64,000 nucleotides of DNA from an uncultured Planctomycetota bacterium (GTDB lineage Bacteria; Planctomycetota; Planctomycetia; Isosphaerales; Isosphaeraceae), in NCBI GenBank assembly GCA_963845755.1, contig CAWJTV010000028.1, positions 224,001 through 288,000 on the forward strand, in the 5' to 3' direction. A program made the translations under genes and the position numbers. The number at the start of each line of letters is the position of its first letter. The first letter of the stretch is position 1. The notes under the pieces were generated by a model that searched no databases, was not told the DNA's origin, and was given only the letters and a program-made list of their open reading frames with translations. Positions 58,435-64,000 of this stretch are shown here, piece by piece.

Positions 58435-60222
58435 TCAAGGAGACGCAGGGAGGCGCCGGATGGTGACGTCGAGCGGCCCGGCGGTCGCGCGATTGCCCTC
58501 GACCCAGGCTTCGAAGCGGCCCGTCCCCGCGGTGAAAGGGACGTCCCGGAAGGTGCACTCGGACGCCTCGCGATCGAGCTTCAGCTCGCGTTCCACGCCC
58601 CGAATTGTCAGGTGCACAACCGTCGGGAAGCGTCGGGGCGTGAGGCGCAGGGACACGTCGAACCGGCCGTCACGGACCACCACGACCTCCCAGTGGCCCA
58701 GGTCATTGACGCCCCAGCCGGAGCGAGGTCCGCGCCAATCCTGACGCGTCAGGATGGTCGGGTTTTCCCGATCGCCGCCGATGGCGATGCGGATCGGCCC
58801 GAACCCGCGCGACGAGGAGACGTCCTTGAACCAGTCCAGGTACTCCGCGTGCATTTTCTCGACAATCTGGGGCACTTTCGCGGCGAGATCATGCTCCTGC
58901 CAGGGGTCGCTCTCCATCTCGTAGAGCTCCAGCGGGGGGACCTTGAGATTGCCGAGCGGGGGCTCGCGGCGCAGGAGCGAATACTTCTGAGAACGCGCGG
59001 CGAACGCGCGATCGGGCTGGGGCTGGTCTCCGCGATGCCACTGGAAGAAAAGCGTACGGTCGGGCCAGGCGACTTCCGGCGCCCCGCTCAGGAGCGGCAT
59101 GAGGCTCCGGCCATCGAAACGGAGGCCGGCCGGCGGCGAGACGCCGCAGGCCTCCAGCAAGGTCGGGGCGATGTCGATATGGGCGGCGATCCGATCGACG
59201 ACCCGTCCCGCCGGGAAATGGCCGGGCCAGCGGATGTAGCAGGGGACGTGGATCCCTCCCTCGTAGACCGTCCCCTTCCAGCCGCGGAGGCCCGCGTTGA
59301 AACGAACGTTGGCCGGGCCGTTATCGGTGAGGAAAATGACGATCGTGTCTCGAGCCAGCCCACGCGCCTCGAGGGCGGAGAGGACTCGGCCCACGTTCGA
59401 GTCGATGTTCGTGATCATCGCGTACACCTTGGCGATCGCCTCAGTGGGGCTGATCGACGAGGCGGGGATCGGCCGGCCGAGTTGCGGAAACTCGCCGGGC
59501 GCGAGGCTGACCGAGCGATAGGACTCCAGCTCGGCCTTGGGGGCCTCCAGCGGTTCGTGGGGGCAGTTGAACGCCAGGTAGGCGAAGAAGGGGCGGTCGC
59601 TGGGCGTGCCCAGGAACTCCATGGCCGCGGTGGTGTAGACGTCGCTGCAATAACCCTGGCACTTCTGCGACTGGCCATTGTGTTGCAACACCGGGTCGTG
59701 ATAGTGACTGCCGCCCGGCGGGTCGGACGCCTGACCGATGCCGCCGCCTCGGATGACCAGCGCCTCCTGGAAACCCTGATCGATAGCTCGCAACGGCGCA
59801 TTATCGCCCAGGTGCCATTTGCCGAAGATCCCGGTCCGATAGCCGGCCGCCGCGAGCATCTCGGCGAGCGTCTGCTCATCCGGGTGCATCAACGAGCGAC
59901 CCGCGTAAGTATCCACGACGCCGGTGCGGTAGTTATACCGACCGGTCATCAGGCTGGCCCGGGTCAGAGAGCAGACGGGCGAGACGTAAAACGACTTGAG
60001 CCGCACGCTCTCGCGGGCAAATCCATCCAGGTGCGGAGTCCGGATCTTGGGATTGCCGTGGAATCCCAGGTCGCCGTAGCCCTGATCGTCGGTCATGATC
60101 AGAAGGATGTTGGGACCGCTCGCGGTCGTCGCCCCCTTCGCACTCGCGCCGATCGTCGAGAGCGATAGACACGCAATGCATGTGAGCCGCTCGAGGCGCC
60201 CACGAATCCCGGTGCCAAGCAC
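58435..60222 (-). CDS. Arylsulfatase (family S1)
   Basis: PNILLIMTDDQGYGD, CSLTRASLMTGRY, GKWHLG, TDNG, KGTVYEGG. Confidence 0.9.
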   Translation of the reverse strand: MLGTGIRGRLERLTCIACLSLSTIGASAKGATTASGPNILLIMTDDQGYGDLGFHGNPKIRTPHLDGFARESVRLKSFYVSPVCSLTRASLMTGRYNYRTGVVDTYAGRSLMHPDEQTLAEMLAAAGYRTGIFGKWHLGDNAPLRAIDQGFQEALVIRGGGIGQASDPPGGSHYHDPVLQHNGQSQKCQGYCSDVYTTAAMEFLGTPSDRPFFAYLAFNCPHEPLEAPKAELESYRSVSLAPGEFPQLGRPIPASSISPTEAIAKVYAMITNIDSNVGRVLSALEARGLARDTIVIFLTDNGPANVRFNAGLRGWKGTVYEGGIHVPCYIRWPGHFPAGRVVDRIAAHIDIAPTLLEACGVSPPAGLRFDGRSLMPLLSGAPEVAWPDRTLFFQWHRGDQPQPDRAFAARSQKYSLLRREPPLGNLKVPPLELYEMESDPWQEHDLAAKVPQIVEKMHAEYLDWFKDVSSSRGFGPIRIAIGGDRENPTILTRQDWRGPRSGWGVNDLGHWEVVVVRDGRFDVSLRLTPRRFPTVVHLTIRGVERELKLDREASECTFRDVPFTAGTGRFEAWVEGNRATAGPLDVTIRRLPASP

Positions 60223-60570
60223 GGTGCTTCTCCCCTCTGCGAAACTCAAAGAGATCGTCCCGAGCGTCACGATTACCTCGGCTGGAGGATCTCCCATGAT
60301 ACGACGCGCGCGGCGACTGACGGTATCCGTCTCCCCTCAACGGTCAAGTCGTCGTCCACGACGGGCCGCCGGACTCCTCCCGGAATGCCCCGAGACCCCG
60401 GGCGGGAACGCGATGGAGGGGTTCGCAATCCCCCGGCGAAATTTTTTTGCGGAAATTTTTATGTCCTGATCTTGTCAAGAGTTGCATCGAGAGATTGTCG
60501 TCATTCGGCGCTAGTTGCATTAACGCTTTTGGAAAGTTGCGGCATCCTGAGAATAGAGCCCACCTCCGTC

Positions 60571-60668
60571 AGAGTCTTCCTCGGCAGGATCCCTGCGCGT
60601 CGGTGCGTCCTGGGGATCCGTGATTTCGGGTTTATCGCTATTGGGTTGCGGCCGAAGGCCGCGTGAGG
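60571..60668. repeat. Internally deleted copy of the 156-bp element (reverse orientation)
   Basis: Keeps both ends (AGAGTCTTCCTC..AGGATCCCTGCGC..TGGGGAT and ATTGGGTTGCGGCCGAAGGCCGCGT.AGG); lacks the central heptamer palindrome. Confidence 0.8.
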
Positions 60669-60677
60669 AGCAGCAAA

Positions 60678-62081
60678 GTGCGCCAGGCCCTTGAACGCTT
60701 CCGGGCGCGGATCGCCCGGATCGAAGAGGAACCGATCCTGTCAGACCAGTCCGGTGATGTCGCGAGCTTCGATTGGTACGGCGAATCTTGCCCGTGCGGC
60801 CTGCCGCCGGGGGAGTGCCGGGTGCATCCCCGCGCGCGGCTCTCCCAGCGGCCGCCGGCCGGCGACTGGCGAACCTTGCTGGTCCTGGCCGGCCGCGGCT
60901 GGGGGAAGACGCGCGCCGGCGCCGAGTGGGTCCGCAGCCTGGCGGAGTCGCGCCAGGCTCGACGGATCGCCCTGGTGGCGTTGACCGCCTCCGATGCCCG
61001 CGACGTCATGATCGAGGGAGAATCCGGCATCCTCGCGATCAGTCCGCCGTGGTGCCGGCCGACCTATGAACCGTCCCGGCGGCGGTTGACCTGGCCCGGC
61101 GGAACGATCGCCACGACCTATTCCGCGGATGAGCCCGAAAGGTTGAGAGGCCCCCAACATGAGGCGGCCTGGGTCGACGAGGTCGCGTCCTGGCGCAAGC
61201 CTCAGGCCTGGGACAACCTGATGTTCGGACTGCGGCTCGGGGTGAATCCGCGTGTCTGTGTCACGACGACCCCCAAACCCGTTCGACTGATCAAGGCCCT
61301 GCTGGCCGATCCCATGACGGTCCTCGTCAGGGGCTCGACGCATGAGAACCGGCCGAACCTGGCGCCGGAGTTCTTCGAGAGAATCGTGGCCACCTACGAA
61401 GGGACGCGCCTGGGCCAGCAGGAGATCTATGCCGAGATTCTGGACGTCAGCGATGGCGCCTGGTTCACCGGGTTCAACGTTGCCAGGCACGTCACCGAGA
61501 AGGCCGAGTACGATTACCGATTCCCCGTGCACCTCGCCATCGACTGCGGCGTCTCCCGGCACGTCGGCGCCGTGTTCTTCCAGGTCCGCGAGATCGGGCC
61601 CAATAAGCATCGCGTCACCGTCTTCGGCGACTACCACGCTCAGGGGCTGGTCTCCGAGGCGAACGCCAGGCGGATCAAGGCGCGCGCCGAGGAACTGCCG
61701 TGCCGCGGTCAGATCCACACGGTCCGCCTCGACCCGGCCGCGAGCGCACGCACCGGCATCGGCCCGGCGGCCTACGGTGAGTTCGAGCGCATCTTCGGCT
61801 CGCGGATCACGGAGCGGTGGCCGAGCCACCGGGTGGTCGACGGCCTCGATCAGATCGAGATCCTGCTCGATACGGACTGTTTGCTCATCCATCCGCGCTG
61901 CATCGCTTTGAAAACGGCCTTCCAGAACTATGCCCGCGCCCAGCGCGGCGGCGAGTGGCTGGACGAGCCGGCGCAAGAGCACCCCCACGAGGACCTGATG
62001 GACGCGCTCCGGGGCGGCATCCGCGACAGGTTCCCCGGCGGCCGGATCGAGCAACCCAGCTTTCGTACCGTCCGCTTCTAA
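60678..62081 (+). CDS. Phage/GTA-type terminase large subunit, orphan (alternative start 60663)
   Basis: Walker A AGRGWGKT, LRGPQ, Walker B WVDE, coupling motif TTTP, RNase H-like AIDCG...EDLMDALR; GAGGAG 7 nt before GTG. Confidence 0.9.
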   Translation: MRQALERFRARIARIEEEPILSDQSGDVASFDWYGESCPCGLPPGECRVHPRARLSQRPPAGDWRTLLVLAGRGWGKTRAGAEWVRSLAESRQARRIALVALTASDARDVMIEGESGILAISPPWCRPTYEPSRRRLTWPGGTIATTYSADEPERLRGPQHEAAWVDEVASWRKPQAWDNLMFGLRLGVNPRVCVTTTPKPVRLIKALLADPMTVLVRGSTHENRPNLAPEFFERIVATYEGTRLGQQEIYAEILDVSDGAWFTGFNVARHVTEKAEYDYRFPVHLAIDCGVSRHVGAVFFQVREIGPNKHRVTVFGDYHAQGLVSEANARRIKARAEELPCRGQIHTVRLDPAASARTGIGPAAYGEFERIFGSRITERWPSHRVVDGLDQIEILLDTDCLLIHPRCIALKTAFQNYARAQRGGEWLDEPAQEHPHEDLMDALRGGIRDRFPGGRIEQPSFRTVRF

Positions 62082-62112
62082 GAGCGCCTAAAACGACCCG
62101 GACCCTCACAGT

Positions 62113-62437
62113 TCTTGACCCTTTTCCCTTGAGGAGTTAAACCACGAAATACACGAAATACACAGGGTGAAGGAGATGGAGAGCCGATTCTCGATTATTT
62201 TAAGTTTCGTTTTTTTCGAGACTGTAGCAACGGAACCGGGCTCAGGAAGGAAGGCCTCGTCCTCACACCATCGGGATCCTCGTTCCCATGCTCTGCGTGG
62301 GAACGTCCGGGTGCGACGCTCCGCGTCGCCGGGGCCGCAGAGCGGCCAAGACGGCATTCCCACGCAGGAGCGTGGGAACGAGTTCCTATCACCCGGTCTC
62401 GTTGCTAGAGACTCTTTTTTTCGTGTAATTCGTGGTT
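62113..62437. repeat. Nested palindromic repeat complex
   Basis: Three concentric inverted pairs: 62140/62437, 62224/62407, 62279/62382. Confidence 0.8.
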
Positions 62438-62440
62438 AGA

Positions 62441-62596
62441 GTAGAATCTTCCTCCGTAGGATCCCTGCGCCCTCCGCGCCTCTGGGGATTCCGAATTCCG
62501 GATTCGCGATTCCGGATTCCCGGATCCTTCCCCTTCGGGAATCCGGAATCGCGAATCCGGAATCCCGATTGGGTTGCGGCCGAAGGCCGCGTTAGG
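62441..62596. repeat. 156-bp structured dispersed element, full copy (reverse orientation)
   Basis: Reverse complement near-identical to 32312..32467. Confidence 0.9.
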
Positions 62597-62679
62597 AGTT
62601 CAAGGGACCAGCCGGCCCGACTATGATGGGGTAATGGACTCGGGCGGGCCTCATCCCGGTAAAGTGTGAGCTTCTTCTG

Positions 62680-63834
62680 ATGAATGCCTTCGTCCGCATC
62701 ATAACCTCGGAGGGCCGCGGCGCGATCGCGGTCGTGCGCGTATGGGGAGAGCGAGCGGTTGCGGTCGTGGATGCCGTCTTCCGGCCATCGCGGGGAAACT
62801 CGCTGGCGGAAACGCCGCCAGGCCGGTTGCGGCTGGGACGATCGGGGCTCGGCCGGGGCGACGAAGTCGTCGCCGTGCGGATCCCCGCTGTGACACCGAC
62901 CGTGGAAATTCAGACTCACGGAGGGACCGCGGCTGTCCGATCGGTCGTTTCGGCCCTTGAGGCGGCGGGGGCGCTGACCTGGACCGGCAGCGAGTCGGGG
63001 TCGAAGTCGTCCGATGATCCGATCGCCGCCCAGGCCCTCGTCGACCTGCCCCAGGCGCCGACCTTGCGCACCGCAGAGATCCTGCTGGATCAGGCGCAAG
63101 GCGTTCTTCGGGGAGAGCTGGACCGGCTGCGCCTCGAAATGCAACTTGGGACAGGATCGACCCTGGCCAGACTCGACGCGCTGATCGGCCGAGCGGATGT
63201 CGGTCTGAGGCTGATCGACGGATGGAAAGTTGTCATCGCGGGCCGGCCTAATGTCGGAAAGAGCCGGTTGTTCAACGCATTGGCCGGCTTCGCGCGGGCG
63301 ATCGTTGACCCGACGCCGGGCGTGACGCGGGACATCGTGACCTTCCGAACCGCCGTGGACGGCTGGCCCGTGGAACTTGCGGACACGGCGGGACTCCGCG
63401 GGACCGATGATGCCATCGAGCGCATGGGGGTCGCGCGCGCTCGACGCCAACAACAAGAGGCGGACCTTGTCCTCCTGGTCCTCGACCGATCCGAGTCCCT
63501 CCAGCCGATGGATCGCGAGTTGATCGGATCGAACGCACGCGCCCTGTTGGTGGCGAACAAGTCCGACCTGCCCCCTGCCTGGGATTCGTCCGAGGACTGC
63601 GCGGGGTTCCCCGCCATCGCGATGGTCTCGGCCGAGTGCGGCACGGGGGTCTCGGGGTTGGTCGCCACGATCGCCGAACGGCTCGTGCCCAACCCTCCCT
63701 CTCCCGGAGAGCCCGTGCCGTTCCGAGCCGATCACCTGAGGGACCTGGAAGCGGCTCGTGCCTGTCTGTCGGCCGGGAATCGTGCCGGTGCTGAGAGTTG
63801 GCTGGCGGCGATCGGAGGCGCCGTACCGCGGTGA
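62680..63834 (+). CDS. mnmE: tRNA modification GTPase MnmE/TrmE-like, short form
   Basis: GRGAIAVVR, EIQTHGG, GRPNVGKS, GVTRD, DTAGLR, NKSD. Confidence 0.8.
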   Translation: MNAFVRIITSEGRGAIAVVRVWGERAVAVVDAVFRPSRGNSLAETPPGRLRLGRSGLGRGDEVVAVRIPAVTPTVEIQTHGGTAAVRSVVSALEAAGALTWTGSESGSKSSDDPIAAQALVDLPQAPTLRTAEILLDQAQGVLRGELDRLRLEMQLGTGSTLARLDALIGRADVGLRLIDGWKVVIAGRPNVGKSRLFNALAGFARAIVDPTPGVTRDIVTFRTAVDGWPVELADTAGLRGTDDAIERMGVARARRQQQEADLVLLVLDRSESLQPMDRELIGSNARALLVANKSDLPPAWDSSEDCAGFPAIAMVSAECGTGVSGLVATIAERLVPNPPSPGEPVPFRADHLRDLEAARACLSAGNRAGAESWLAAIGGAVPR

Positions 63835-64000
63835 AAGGCATTATATTTATTAAATCTTGAACATAAGATCTTCTATCCGATTCTTTCAAATTCTCTCAGA
63901 GGTCGTCGTCGGGAGGCGGAGGCGGGATCCTGTTGAAGTCGGGGCCGATTTGTGCGGCGGGGCTCAGCGGCGCGAGGCGAAGATCGTCGCGATCGAGCTT

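Noticed and set aside
63830..63875. AT-rich dyad as a dif/Xer site (similar weak TAAGTC-like dyads near 12741, 34949, 60460)
   Set aside because: Poor match to the 11-6-11 dif consensus and too degenerate to support by eye.
58435..64000. Prophage around the terminase
   Set aside because: Neighbours are a sulfatase and mnmE; no structural, lysis or integrase genes are seen.

Overview
High-GC bacterial chromosome segment, very likely from Planctomycetota. This is inferred from a DUF1559 prepilin-like gene, a DUF1549/DUF1553 cytochrome and two DUF1501 genes; Isosphaeraceae is a guess. Content in order: a complete reductive pyrimidine catabolism cluster (0.7-10.6 kb), planctomycete-signature genes, an NtrC/KinB-like two-component pair, a HigBA toxin-antitoxin pair beside an orphan BamHI-like methyltransferase, a sensor kinase, a GH127 glycosidase, argS-rsfS-tRNA-Glu, sugar-metabolism genes, typA, cardiolipin synthase, a sulfatase with its maturase, and an mnmE-like GTPase. 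About 28 reading-frame breaks are visible. Most sit on GCGC, so they are most likely modification-linked sequencing indels rather than pseudogenes. The most unusual signals are: (1) an intact orphan terminase large subunit with no other phage genes, bracketed by two same-orientation copies of a ~156-bp structured non-coding element; (2) two more tandem copies of that element upstream of an unknown protein with a terminase-small-subunit-like STGP...KHG motif; (3) a rich set of nested palindromic and heptamer repeats. All calls were made by eye, without database searches.
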